DNA of 21,726 nucleotides from a virus (Duplodnaviria; Heunggongvirae; Uroviricota; Caudoviricetes): IMG/VR virus record IMGVR_UViG_2563366965_000005; one strand, 5' to 3'. Shown piece by piece: positions 1 to 10,347 of this stretch (position 1 is its first letter; each line of letters starts with the position of its first letter). The notes under the pieces were generated by a model. It saw only the letters and a program-made list of their open reading frames with translations, ran no database searches and was not told where the DNA came from. The position numbers and the translations under genes were made by a program.

Positions 1-73
1 AAATTAACCTTCATTTGATGCTGGATTGAACATATCAAAATCAGGCAATTACACAAATCTATGTACAGGCTCC
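1..73 (-). mobile_element. Terminal 73 bp of an IS256-family (IS1414-like) element, inverted copy; body lies upstream of the window
   Basis: Positions 1-73 are the exact reverse complement of 16307-16379 (IS end plus leader up to the transposase ATG at 16380). Identity stops exactly at 73/74 and 16306/16307, which defines the IS terminus. Confidence 0.8.
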
Positions 74-127
74 TTCCTTGCCGTAAATGGAGAGATACAT
101 CTAATTATAGAATTTATATGTTTTACC

Positions 128-703
128 CTACGGCAGTGCTGGCCATTCAATATCCGGTGCAGTTGATGTATCAACACGGTTCAGCAACACCCGATACTTT
201 TTCCAGGCTTCCAGCAACAAGGTTTCTTCCTCCGTTGCGATCTCCAGATCCACAGCATCCTGAAGCGGCGCTATATGCTCACTGGCTATCTGCATCAGGC
301 TGTTTTTTGTTTCTTCCGCCTCCCGGATCCGGAACAGTTTTTCTGCTTCCGTATCCTTCACCCAGGCTGTGCCGTTCCACTTCTGATATTCCCCTCCCGG
401 CGATAACCAGGTAACATTTTCCGGTAACGGACCGAGTTCAGAAATAAATAACGCGTCGCCGGAAGCCACGTCATAAACCGTTTTACCCCGATGATCTTCA
501 ACGAGATGCCACGATGCCTCATCACTGTTGAAAACAGCCACGAAGCCTGCCGGAATATCTGGCGGTGCAATATCGGTACTGTTTGCTGGCAGACCTGTAT
601 GAGGCGGAATATATGCGTCACCTTCACCAATAAATTCATTAGTTCCGGCCAGCAGATTATAAATTTTTATGGTCCGTGGTTGTTCACTCATTCTGAATGC
701 CAT
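128..703 (-). CDS. tfa: Tail fiber assembly protein (Tfa family, 191 aa)
   Basis: Translation [24 protein letters not shown]... matches the lambdoid Tfa family as I recall it (TfaQ/TfaR-like). Its ATG overlaps the upstream stop as TAATG, typical of stf-tfa coupling. Confidence 0.8.
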   Translation of the reverse strand: MAFRMSEQPRTIKIYNLLAGTNEFIGEGDAYIPPHTGLPANSTDIAPPDIPAGFVAVFNSDEASWHLVEDHRGKTVYDVASGDALFISELGPLPENVTWLSPGGEYQKWNGTAWVKDTEAEKLFRIREAEETKNSLMQIASEHIAPLQDAVDLEIATEEETLLLEAWKKYRVLLNRVDTSTAPDIEWPALP

Positions 704-1001
704 TACGCAAGCCTCACAATATAGTTAAATGCGATGTTTTTGACGGTGTTTTCCGCGTTACCAGCAGCGTTAACGGTGATGGTGTGTCCGTGTGAGCCAA
801 TCGCAACGGAGTGCGTATGAGCACCAATACCGACAGTATGTGCGTGTGCACCTGCGCTTGCAGCAGTACCCGATACAGAGTGCGTATGAGCGCCTGCAGA
901 AGAAGTGTTAACACTGTATTTAGAATAATCAGGTGATCCACTTCCCGGAGCACCACTGGAACCACCTGAAACAAATGTCATCGAATGGGTATGTGCACCG
1001 G
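703..1001 (-). pseudogene. Side tail fiber (Stf) C-terminal remnant, about 99 codons, lacking its N-terminus
   Basis: Translation contains repeated GAHTHS/HxH motifs typical of the distal tip of Stf/gp37-like fibers. The upstream frame changes to lambda J at about 1001; the ATG at 1009-1011 lies inside J-derived sequence. Confidence 0.65.
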
Positions 1002-3101
1002 CTGTCCCCATGCATTTACCGCCCGGACTGTCAGCCTGTAATTTCCCAGCGCCAGCTGCGTGAAGCGATATGTGGTTTCCGTCGTCCGGGCCGTGCTGAC
1101 CAACCGCTCACTGCCGTCGTCCGCTGCCACGGTCAGGCGAAGCATAAAGCTCACCCCCTTCACCACCTTCGGCGTGTCCCAGCGCGCCAGCACCTGGTAT
1201 TCCCCGCTGTCTGCGGTGACTTCTGCGGTCAGGTGCTGAACTGCTGGCGGCGTGACACCATTCACCGTGCCGCTCTGGTCACCGTCAAAGTGCGCCCCGT
1301 TATCCACGATGGCTTCTTTCTCCGGTACATGCTGCACGGCAGTGATGGCATACGTACCGTCATCGTTCTCACGGATACTCACACAGCGGAACAGGCGCTG
1401 ACGCAGCGTCGGCAGCTTCAGCCCCCACACGCTGTACTCGGCAACGCCGTCAGGAACCCGGCTCACTTTCACCTTCACGCCGTCGGTGACGGACTGGACC
1501 TCCACGCTCACCGGATTACCCTGCCCGTCAACCAGGCTTATCAGCGTGGTGCCGGAGGATGGCAGCGTGATTTCACGGTCGAGCGTCAGTGTCCGCGTCT
1601 GGCTGTTCACCGCCAGCACGCGCCCGCCGATGCTGATCCCCGCATAGTCATCATCACAGATTTCAATGACATCACCTGGTACATGGCGAAGCCCTTCGGC
1701 ACCCACGCTGAAGTCCACGGTCTGCGTTTCCAGCAGTTCCGTTTTAATCAGCCACAGCCCGGCTCGGTGCGCCTGCCCCCGCCTGGTACAGCCAAAGGCA
1801 TCCATCTTCGTGACGTTACGACCGTAACGGGCAATGGCCTGCGTGTCCTCCACAAGCTCTGTCGCCGTCTCCCAGCCGTTATCCGGGTCAATCCAGTTCA
1901 CCTCAACGGCATTATGGCGGTCCTTCAGGGCGCTGAAGCTGTAGCGGAACGGCGCGCCATCATCCGGCATCACCACATTACTGCGGTTATAGGTCCACAC
2001 CTTATCTGATGGTCGGTCCTGCACGAACGTCAGCGTCTGCCCGTTCCATACCGGCATACAGCGCATCGCCGAGCAGAAATCACTGAGAACATCCCACGCC
2101 TTACGCTGTGTGGTCAGCCAGGCATTACAGGTGATGCGCGGCTCCGTGCCGCCAAAACCGTCCGGCACCGACTGGTCGCAACACTGGCCGATGACATACA
2201 GCGCCCATTTATCCACATCTGCCGCACCAAGACGTTTACCCATGCCGTAGCGCGGGTGGGTCAGCATATCCCACAGACACCAGGCCATGTTGTTGCTGTA
2301 TGCTGGCTTAAACGTTCCGTCCCAGATACCGCTGTATTGCCGCGTCTGCGGGTTATAGTTCGACGGCACCTGCAGAATACGCCCGCGAAGATGATAATTA
2401 CGGCTCACCTGCTGGCTGCCGAACTGCTCCGAATCCACCTGTACGCCGACCAGTGCCGTGTTCGGGTAGCACTGTTTCACATCGATGATTTCGGTGTATG
2501 ACGACCAGAGCGTTTTGTTCTGCAGCTGGTCTGTGGTGCTGTCCGGCGTCATCCTGCGCATCCGGATGTTGAACGGGCGCGGCGGCAGATTATCCACCAC
2601 TACCGAGGCCAGATACTGCGAGGTGGTTTTGCCCTTAATGGTGATGTCTTTTTCCGTCACCCAGCCACCGTTACGTTGTATCTGAACCAGCAGGCGAACT
2701 TCCGACGGATTCCTGTCCCCCTTTGAGGTGGTTTCCACCAGTGCCTGCACACCGAAGGTAAAGCGCAGACGGTCGATGTTTGCAGACGTAATGGTGCGGG
2801 TGATCGGCGTGTCATATTTCACTTCCGTACCCAGCACCGTCTCGGAGCCGGAGGATTCAAACCCCTCCGGCGGTGTCTGCTCCTGCTCACCGGCACGGAA
2901 CACCACCGTGACACCGGAGATGTTGGTATTCCCCTCAGTGTCCAGCACCGGCGTACTGTTCAGCAGCACGCTTTTTAATCCATCCACCGGACCTTCAACC
3001 GGCCCTTCGCTGATGGCATCGATCACACTCAGCAACTGCGTGGACTTCAGGTTGTCCTTCGCTTCGCGCGGGGTATGCCCCTTACTGCTTCCTTTACCCA
3101 T
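978..3101 (-). pseudogene. J: Host specificity protein J, truncated: about 700 N-terminal residues of lambda J, then 7 foreign codons and a stop
   Basis: Translation MGKGSSKGHTPREAKDNLKSTQLLSVIDAISEGP... tracks lambda gpJ as recalled up to ...[13 protein letters not shown], then diverges (PVHIPIR-stop). The C-terminal receptor-binding region of the roughly 1130-aa protein is absent. Confidence 0.88.
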
Positions 3102-3122
3102 TCCTCACGCTCCATAAACGAC

Positions 3123-3143
3123 AAAACCGCCCGGAGGCGGTTT
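3123..3143 (-). terminator. GC-rich hairpin (AAAACCGCC-CGGA-GGCGGTTT) between I and J; possible intrinsic terminator or attenuator
   Basis: Perfect 8-9 bp stem with tetraloop read directly from the sequence; on the minus strand it is followed by a U-rich stretch (TTTTGTCGTTTAT). Confidence 0.35.
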
Positions 3144-3161
3144 CACATAAAACATTTTGCA

Positions 3162-3809
3162 TCAGCGACCAATCACCACAACCTGACCACCGTCCCCTTC
3201 GTCTGCCGTGCTGATCTCCTGAGAAGCCACCCGCGACCCCACGCGCATTTCACCGTACAGAACAGGCAGAACATTGCCCTGGGCAACCATGTTATCCAGT
3301 GAGGAGAAATAGGTGTTCTGCTTACCGTTATCCGTTGTCTGTGTACGGGGAGTTCTGGCTTTCGGTGCCAGCATCTGCGCCACACCGCCAAGGATCATAC
3401 TGGCCCCCGCAGCATACATGCCCGATAAAGCCGCAGCTCCCAGCCAGCCTGCAGGGTTCCACCACGCCACTGCAATCAGCGCCGCACCCAGCACCGCCTG
3501 AAACACACCGCCACTTTTTGCTCCCGCAAGACGCGGAACGATGTGGATCACGGCACCATTTTTCAGCGGCTCATTAAGACGGGCTGATAATTCGTTTTCG
3601 CCTGCATCACGCCCGGCAATGCGCACCTGATACCAGCCCTCATTCAGTTTCTGACGAAACGCCGGGAGCTGTGTGACCAGTGCCCGGATGGCTTCAGCCC
3701 CCGTTTTCACACGAAGGTCGATGCGGCGGCCAAATCGTTGCAAATCCCCGTAAAGGCAGATGCGTGCCATGCCCGGTGACGCCAGAGGGAGTGTGTGCGT
3801 CGCTGCCAT
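3162..3809 (-). CDS. I: Tail assembly protein I (lambda gpI-like)
   Basis: Translation MAATHTLPLASPGMARICLYGDLQRFGRRIDLRVKTGAEAIRAL... matches lambda I as recalled; ATG confirmed at 3807-3809; overlaps the 3' end of K as in lambda. Confidence 0.85.
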   Translation of the reverse strand: MAATHTLPLASPGMARICLYGDLQRFGRRIDLRVKTGAEAIRALVTQLPAFRQKLNEGWYQVRIAGRDAGENELSARLNEPLKNGAVIHIVPRLAGAKSGGVFQAVLGAALIAVAWWNPAGWLGAAALSGMYAAGASMILGGVAQMLAPKARTPRTQTTDNGKQNTYFSSLDNMVAQGNVLPVLYGEMRVGSRVASQEISTADEGDGGQVVVIGR

Positions 3810-4450
3810 TTGTCGGTGTACCTCTCTCGTTTACTCAGTTGTTCAGGAATATGGTGCAGCAGCTCGCCGTCGCCACAGTAAATGGCGGCATGATTCGGCA
3901 CCGATGAACCAAAACAGCACAGCAGCACGTCGCCAGGCTGCGCCTCTGTCAGTGGGACACGGTAAAAACCCGTTGCCTCCATATTGTCAAGATAGAGATT
4001 CTGGCCGTGACGCCACCAGTCATCCCCGCGATGAAAATCCGGCATCTCAATTCCCGCCAGATGGTAAGCGTCCCGGAACAGCGTGTAACAGTCCGTCACC
4101 CCGTGCTCAAAGCGCCGCCCGGTGAGATGCGGCACACAGAGGAATTTATGAATCGCCCCCCGGCAGACCAGCCACCACGGCAAATCACTCTGCACCTGCA
4201 GCCGCCGGTCGGCCTCACTCAGCCAGGGCAGACCACCGGGGTGGCTGTGGACCAGCGCCACAATCTCTCCCTGCATTTCTGCACTCAGCCAGTCCTCCGG
4301 CGACATCCGGAAATACTCCTCCGGCTCACCGGAGATATTCACGCAGGGAAAATATCTTTCTCCCTCCGGCGTTCTCACCACGAAGCCGCACGACTCTGCT
4401 GGCGCACATCGCCGGGCGTGCGCCAGAATCGCTGATTCTGTCTCTGTCAT
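3707..4450 (-). CDS. K: Tail assembly protein K (lambda gpK-like)
   Basis: Translation ...ETESAILAHARRCAPAESCGFVV...HSHPGG...GVTDCYTLFRDAY... matches lambda K as recalled; ATG at 4448-4450. Confidence 0.85.
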   Translation of the reverse strand: MTETESAILAHARRCAPAESCGFVVRTPEGERYFPCVNISGEPEEYFRMSPEDWLSAEMQGEIVALVHSHPGGLPWLSEADRRLQVQSDLPWWLVCRGAIHKFLCVPHLTGRRFEHGVTDCYTLFRDAYHLAGIEMPDFHRGDDWWRHGQNLYLDNMEATGFYRVPLTEAQPGDVLLCCFGSSVPNHAAIYCGDGELLHHIPEQLSKRERYTDKWQRRTHSLWRHRAWHASAFTGICNDLAAASTFV

Positions 4451-4455
4451 GGGAT

Positions 4456-5154
4456 TTACTGCGAAAGTTTGTTAATGGAAAGGAAGCCGCCAAAGTTGCC
4501 GACGTTATTGCGAAACTTACAGCCGCTCAGGCATTTGCTGCATTTATCCTTCGTGATATCGGACGTCGGCTGGTCATATTCATCCGCGACAGCCGGACCG
4601 TGATAACCGCACTCATCACCGCGATAGGTCCAGGTGCAGGTATTAGCCAGCATGATGCGCCCCGGAAAAACGGCACCATCCGTTTCCGTCGGTGTGGAGA
4701 GCACAAAGGAGGCACTGACCGCGCTCAGTTCGCTGCACTGCTCGATGCGCCAGCGGCTGATCACCTCCTGCTCCGGATCGGCGTCACTGTTTCCGTTGAC
4801 GAAGTTCACCGCATCCAGAAAACGGGCGTAAACCTTACGCCGGACCACCGTTCCGCCGACCAGACTCTGCAGATCTTCCGCCATCCCGGTGACCATACCG
4901 TACAGGTTAGAAACCGTCAGCGTGGGGCGCGTACTGGTGCCTTTGCCATTCAGTTCAAAACCACTCCCCTGAATGGGATACGGCTGATACTGTCGCCCCT
5001 GCCAGGTGACCGGCTCACCTTTTTCGTTCTGCTCATTACAGAAAAAATAACGTTCTCCACCAACCTCTGTCAGGTCGATTTCCCAGAGCACCACGCTGGC
5101 CGACTGCTCCGCACGGGTGCATTCATTCAGTGTTTCCTGCCGGATAACCAACAC
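4456..5154 (-). CDS. L: Minor tail protein L (lambda gpL-like); native start codon lost at a deletion junction
   Basis: 232-aa translation matches lambda L from residue 4 (IRQETLNECTRAEQSASVVLWEIDLTEV...). The first codons (GTG TTG GTT) derive from terminase A codons CGT GTT GGT in another frame. Confidence 0.85.
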   Translation of the reverse strand: MLVIRQETLNECTRAEQSASVVLWEIDLTEVGGERYFFCNEQNEKGEPVTWQGRQYQPYPIQGSGFELNGKGTSTRPTLTVSNLYGMVTGMAEDLQSLVGGTVVRRKVYARFLDAVNFVNGNSDADPEQEVISRWRIEQCSELSAVSASFVLSTPTETDGAVFPGRIMLANTCTWTYRGDECGYHGPAVADEYDQPTSDITKDKCSKCLSGCKFRNNVGNFGGFLSINKLSQ

Positions 5155-5389
5155 GGGCAGACTTCACCACATTCACCTCGCGGATGTAGTCGCTGCCCAT
5201 CGCATTCATGATGGCCCGCTGAAAGGGCAGTGTTTCCCAGCGCCCTTCCTGGTATGCGGATTCTTTCGGGAGATAGTAATTGGCATCCGCCCATTCAACG
5301 GCGGTCTGTGGCTCCGGCCTGAACAGTGAGCGAAGCCCGGCGCGGACAAAATGCCGCAGCCTGTTAACCTGACTGTTCGATATATTCAC
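5123..5389 (-). pseudogene. A: Terminase large subunit A remnant: 82 N-terminal codons fused out of frame into L
   Basis: Starts with GTG (plus strand CAC at 5387-5389), as lambda A does. Translation MNISNSQVNRLRHFVRAGLRSLFRPEPQTAVEWADANYYLPKESAYQEGRWETLPF...ARVGY matches lambda gpA as recalled, then runs PAGNTE-stop through the start of L. Confidence 0.85.
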
Positions 5390-5909
5390 TCAGCAACCCC
5401 GGTATCAGTTCATCCAGCGCGGCTGCTTTGTTCATGGCTTTGATGATATCCCGTTTCAGGAAATCAACATGTCGGTTTTCCAGTTCCGGAAAACGCCGCT
5501 GCACCGACAGGGGGATCCCGTCGAGAATACTGGCAATTTCACCTGCGATCCGCGACAGCACGAAAGTACAGAATGCGGTTTCCACCACTTCAGCGGAGTC
5601 TCTGGCATTTTTCAGCTCCTGTGCGTCGGCCTGCGCACGCGTAAGTCGATGGCGTTCGTACTCAATAGTCCCTGGCTGGAGATCTGTCTCGCTGGCCTGC
5701 CGCAGTTCTTCAACTTCCCGGCGCAGCTTTTCGTTCTCAATTTCAGCATCCCTTTCGGCATACCATTTTATGACGGCGGCAGAATCATAAAGCACCTCAT
5801 TACCCTTGCCACCGCCTCGCAGAACGGGCATTCCCTGTTCCTGCCAGTTCTGAATGGTACGGATACTCGCACCGAAAATGTCAGCCAGCTGCTTTTTGTT
5901 GACTTCCAT
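5364..5909 (-). CDS. nu1: Terminase small subunit Nu1 (181 aa)
   Basis: Translation MEVNKKQLADIFGASIRTIQNWQEQGMPVLRGGGKGNEVLYDSAAVIKWYAERDAEIENEKLRREVEEL... is near-identical to lambda Nu1 as recalled; ATG at 5907-5909. Confidence 0.9.
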   Translation of the reverse strand: MEVNKKQLADIFGASIRTIQNWQEQGMPVLRGGGKGNEVLYDSAAVIKWYAERDAEIENEKLRREVEELRQASETDLQPGTIEYERHRLTRAQADAQELKNARDSAEVVETAFCTFVLSRIAGEIASILDGIPLSVQRRFPELENRHVDFLKRDIIKAMNKAAALDELIPGLLSEYIEQSG

Positions 5910-6130
5910 TGTTCATTCCACGGACAAAAACAGAGAAAGGAAACGACAAAGGCCAAAAAGCCCGCTTTCAGCACCTGTCGTTTCCTTTCTTTTCAGGGGG
6001 TATTTTAAATAAAAACATTAAGTTACGACGAAGAAGAACGGAAACACCTTAAACCGGAAAATTTTCATAAATAGCGAAAACCCGCGAGGTCGCCGCCCCG
6101 TAACCTGTCGGATCACCGGAAAGGACCCGT
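5910..6130 (-). other. Lambda-type cos site (cosB between Nu1 and cosN; cosN 12-mer at 6087-6098; cosQ side to about 6130)
   Basis: Plus strand AGGTCGCCGCCC at 6087-6098 is the reverse complement of the lambda cohesive end GGGCGGCGACCT. Flanking sequence (CGTAACCTGTCGGATCACCGGAAAGG; reverse complement of GGGTTTTCGCTATTTATGAAAATTTTCCGG) matches the lambda genome ends as I remember them. Confidence 0.8.
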
Positions 6131-6297
6131 AAAGTGATAATGATTATCATCTACATATCACAACGTGCGTGGAGGCCATCAAACCACGTCAAATAATCAA
6201 TTATGACGCAGGTATCGTATTAATTGATCTGCATCAACTTAACGTAAAAACAACTTCAGACAATACAAATCAGCGACACTGAATACGGGGCAACCTC

Positions 6298-6531
6298 ATG
6301 TCAACGAAGAACAGAACCCGCAGAACAACAACCCGCAACATCCGCTTTCCTAACCAAATGATTGAACAAATTAACATCGCTCTTGAGCAAAAAGGGTCCG
6401 GGAATTTCTCAGCCTGGGTCATTGAAGCCTGCCGCCGGAGACTGTGCTCAGAAAAAAGAGTTTCTTCTGAAGCAAACAAAGAAAAGAGTGACATTACTGA
6501 ATTGCTCAGAAAACAGGTCAGACCAGATTGA
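6298..6531 (+). CDS. Small basic protein (77 aa), possibly ribbon-helix-helix-like; position and size match YnfO of Qin
   Basis: ATG at 6298 with upstream ACGGGG; translation MSTKNRTRRTTTRNIRFPNQMIEQINIALEQKGSGNFSAWVIEACRRRL... Family assignment is tentative and from memory only. Confidence 0.5.
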   Translation: MSTKNRTRRTTTRNIRFPNQMIEQINIALEQKGSGNFSAWVIEACRRRLCSEKRVSSEANKEKSDITELLRKQVRPD

Positions 6532-6588
6532 AGCAATTTAGATAATCGTGCAGACTACGCCCCCTCATATCACATGGAAGGTTTATCT

Positions 6589-6999
6589 ATGGATCAGGTA
6601 GTCATTTTTAAACAAATATTTGATAAAGTTCGAAACGATTTAAACTATCAATGGTTTTATTCTGAGCTAAAACGTCACAATGTCTCACATTACATTTACT
6701 ATTTAGCCACAGAGAATGTTCATATTGTATTAAAAAATGATAATACAGTGTTATTAAAGGGCCTAAAAAACATTGTGTCTGTCAAATTTTCAAAGGATAG
6801 GCATCTTATAGAAACGACCTCTAATAAGCTGAAATCCAGAGAGATCACATTTCAGGAATACAGAAGAAACCTTGCTAAAGCAGGAGTTTTTCGGTGGGTT
6901 ACAAATATCCACGAACAAAAAAGATATTACTATACCTTTGATAATTCATTACTATTTACTGAAAGCATCCAGAAAACTACACAGATCTTACCACGCTAA
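6589..6999 (+). CDS. ydfO: DUF1398 family protein (YdfO/YbcV-like, 136 aa)
   Basis: Translation from the internal ATG at 6589 (GGAAGG Shine-Dalgarno 7 nt upstream): [48 protein letters not shown]... matches YbcV/YdfO prophage proteins as recalled. Confidence 0.75.
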
Positions 7000-7150
7000 A
7001 CCATAACGTCCGGCTTCTCTCACTCCTGAGCCGGACTGCATTGGTTTAATAAAAACCATCAACAATTGTGATTTAGATATTCGGAACCATTCAAATATAA
7101 CAAAACCCCGTAAAAACGAGGTTTATGGATAAATTTTATTATTGAATACA

Positions 7151-7324
7151 TCAGATTAAATTAATCTTGACATCATAGCTTTCAAGACCCGTCATTTTTT
7201 CCCGTGCGGTAAACTGAATACTGGTAACTTCTTTCCCGGTCTTTTTCTTAAGTTCAATAATTTTTTTTGTTATATATTCAGAAATATCTGCTTCTGCTTT
7301 TGTTTTTAAGTTTTCAATATTCAT
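7151..7324 (-). CDS. gnsB: Gns family small protein (57 aa; GnsA/GnsB-like)
   Basis: Not in the ORF track (under 60 aa). Minus-strand ATG at 7322-7324 is preceded by AGAGGA; translation MNIENLKTKAEADISEYITKKIIELKKKTGKEVTSIQFTAREKMTGLESYDVKINLI resembles GnsA/GnsB as recalled. Confidence 0.6.
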   Translation of the reverse strand: MNIENLKTKAEADISEYITKKIIELKKKTGKEVTSIQFTAREKMTGLESYDVKINLI

Positions 7325-7495
7325 CATTTCCTCTTTTAGTCTGTTATGACTTTCCAGTTACACAGTAAGTCGATTATATGGTGCAAACGTGTAAAAGATA
7401 AGATGAAACATCGCAATAATCAACATACGATAGTCTAAATTTTACACAAACAGACAAAGAGAATTTTCCTGAATTATCAATGCAATAGCATCAAA

Positions 7496-7726
7496 TCAAC
7501 TCAAGAGCCTTATTGCTGCTTCCAGAATTTCTTCTGAAGTAACATGTCGATCCGCGGCTACATAAATGACTTTATGATCTCCGGTCAGAGATGGAAACCC
7601 TGCGGCCATTACAGTAAGGTGTGTTTTTTCGCCATTTGGATATTCACGCATGATGGTGTTAACTCCAGTCATCGCTGGCACTACCACTGCTGGTTCAGAG
7701 TTAAAAAAAACTATGATTTTTTTCAT
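7496..7726 (-). CDS. Hypothetical small protein (about 76 aa); position corresponds to ynfN of Qin but identity not recognised
   Basis: The 90-aa track ORF begins at a TTG; the first ATG is at 7724-7726 (MKKIIVFFNSEPAVVVPAMTG...). No recognisable domain. Confidence 0.4.
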   Translation of the reverse strand: MKKIIVFFNSEPAVVVPAMTGVNTIMREYPNGEKTHLTVMAAGFPSLTGDHKVIYVAADRHVTSEEILEAAIRLLS

Positions 7727-7770
7727 GATGTTACCGTAGTATGTGAGTATCCATCGAATAGACACCAAGC

Positions 7771-7791
7771 AAAAAAGCTCCCGAAGGAGCC
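7771..7791 (-). terminator. Probable intrinsic terminator downstream of the CspI-like gene
   Basis: Minus-strand reading gives stem GGCTCC / GGAGC with a TTCG loop, followed by TTTTTT (plus-strand A6 at 7771-7776). Confidence 0.45.
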
Positions 7792-7997
7792 TTCATTTTC
7801 ACTTTTTTAAATCCAACGACAGACGGCTGGCATTTAAGTATTGTGAAATATTATCAAATGTAATCATCATTGATTTACAAAAGATACATTTTGCCCCGAA
7901 AGGATTCATGTCAGAAACATCAAAAGATGATGTTCTATACTGGGAACCATGACAACACGGGCATCTAAAGTGAATATGGTTTGTAATATTGTCTACC

Positions 7998-8210
7998 TCA
8001 AAGCGCCACTACATGAACAGCGGCAGGACCTTTAGGTCCGTTCTCAATACCAAATTCAACTTCCTGATTCTCAGTTAATGTTTTGAAATCGTTGCTCTGA
8101 ATTGCTGAGAAATGGACAAACACATCTTTGCTGCCATCTTTCGGCGTGATGAAACCAAAACCTTTTTCAGGGTTAAACCATTTCACTAAACCAGTCATTT
8201 TGTTAGACAT
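7998..8210 (-). CDS. cspI: Cold shock protein, CspI-like (70 aa)
   Basis: Translation [70 protein letters not shown]: CspA-family cold shock domain with the RNP1 motif KGFGFI; ATG at 8208-8210. Confidence 0.9.
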   Translation of the reverse strand: MSNKMTGLVKWFNPEKGFGFITPKDGSKDVFVHFSAIQSNDFKTLTENQEVEFGIENGPKGPAAVHVVAL

Positions 8211-8572
8211 AATTATTACCTTTTGAAGAAATTAGCCCTTGGGCAGAATGGTCCGAAAAAAAATATCAGAGAGAAAAACCAACAAGGAAATCTCAAGAGG
8301 TACAAATAATAAAATTATAACAATGACTGCTTCAGATAAATTTGTAACAAACCAGAACACCATTAACGCATGATTAACCACCCATAGCAAGGATTACTTT
8401 TGTAAAGAAAAACACAGCAATGAAAGAATAGCTTTATTTATTAATAAAACGTGTCATTCTGATTAAGACCTTTTATCTTACCCTTAAGATTTCAGGAATT
8501 TTGGCTCATGGAAGAGTCCTTTTTATTTAAATTTTACATTCCGCGATGTAAATGTTCCGATTTAATATTACC

Positions 8573-9596
<1,024 letters not shown>

Positions 9597-9600
<4 letters not shown>

Positions 9601-9908
9601 AGATATTTATGATGAGGACGCTCGTGCTTATTGGCAGGATTTTCAATCTTAAAGGAGTACTGATGCTGCAGATAAGACTCAACTTTTTCTGACAATTTTT
9701 CTGCTACTTCCAGGAAGACTTGCCGGACGCTCCTTCTGGCTGCTGCCTCATAAAACTCCAGCGCAGCTCCTTCAACACGGTCCATGGCGACATCCAGGTC
9801 AAAAATTTCACCGTCAAAGCGTTCTTTGTCCTGTAAGGCTACAGTTACCGTAACTTTATTCTCAAAATTACGGACTCCTTTCACAACCAGTTCATAGTCT
9901 TGAGTCAT
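9597..9908 (-). CDS. ydfR: YdfR-like protein (DUF1327-type, 103 aa) between holin and endolysin
   Basis: Translation MTQDYELVVKGVRNFENKVTVTVALQDKERFDGEIFDLDVAMDRVEGAALEFYEAAARR...; same position as ydfR in Qin (essQ-ydfR-rrrQ). Confidence 0.6.
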
Positions 9909-9912
9909 TGGA

Positions 9913-10128
9913 TTACTCTCCTCTCGCAGCCTTACGCCTGTCTTCTTTAATCTTGAAATAAAGATTTGTCAGATACGTCAGCAGGCCAAAAACCAGGCTA
10001 CCCAGCACACCGATTGCAGCCCACTGTGACGGAGTTACTTTATCGAGTAACTGCAATGCCCAGAAACCAGCATTACCCGCCGATGTGCCATAGGCAACAC
10101 CTGTTGTTAACTTATCCATTGATTTCAT
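9913..10128 (-). CDS. Pinholin (phage 21 S / EssQ-like, 71 aa) with dual-start motif
   Basis: Likely start is the ATG at 10126-10128, preceded by GGGGTGAGGAT. Translation [71 protein letters not shown] resembles S21 pinholin as recalled; Met1/Met4 dual start. Confidence 0.8.
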   Translation of the reverse strand: MKSMDKLTTGVAYGTSAGNAGFWALQLLDKVTPSQWAAIGVLGSLVFGLLTYLTNLYFKIKEDRRKAARGE

Positions 10129-10347
10129 ATCCTCACCCCGATGTACACGGATGGTGCAATATGTTTGAAAAGATCGGAGTCTACGGGGTAGTTTTGACAG
10201 CACACGTTGTTCTCAACGGCGCTAAAAAAACATACACATTAAAAATGTGGGTAATTATTTTGAAAGAAAGTCATATATAAAATAATAATACGAGAAATGT
10301 TTTCATATTTAGTGTACTGTATACGGCCATTTATACAGGAAAAGCCT

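Noticed and set aside
933-2009. 358-aa plus-strand ORF
   Set aside because: Lies entirely antisense to the well-supported lambda J coding sequence; Arg/His-rich low-complexity translation; no ribosome-binding site context. A GC-rich antisense frame artifact.
4600-5211. 203-aa plus-strand ORF
   Set aside because: Antisense to tail gene L and the A remnant; the translation has no recognisable features.
5469-6008. 179-aa plus-strand ORF spanning Nu1 and cos
   Set aside because: Antisense to Nu1 and running into the cos site; the Nu1 identification on the opposite strand is strong.
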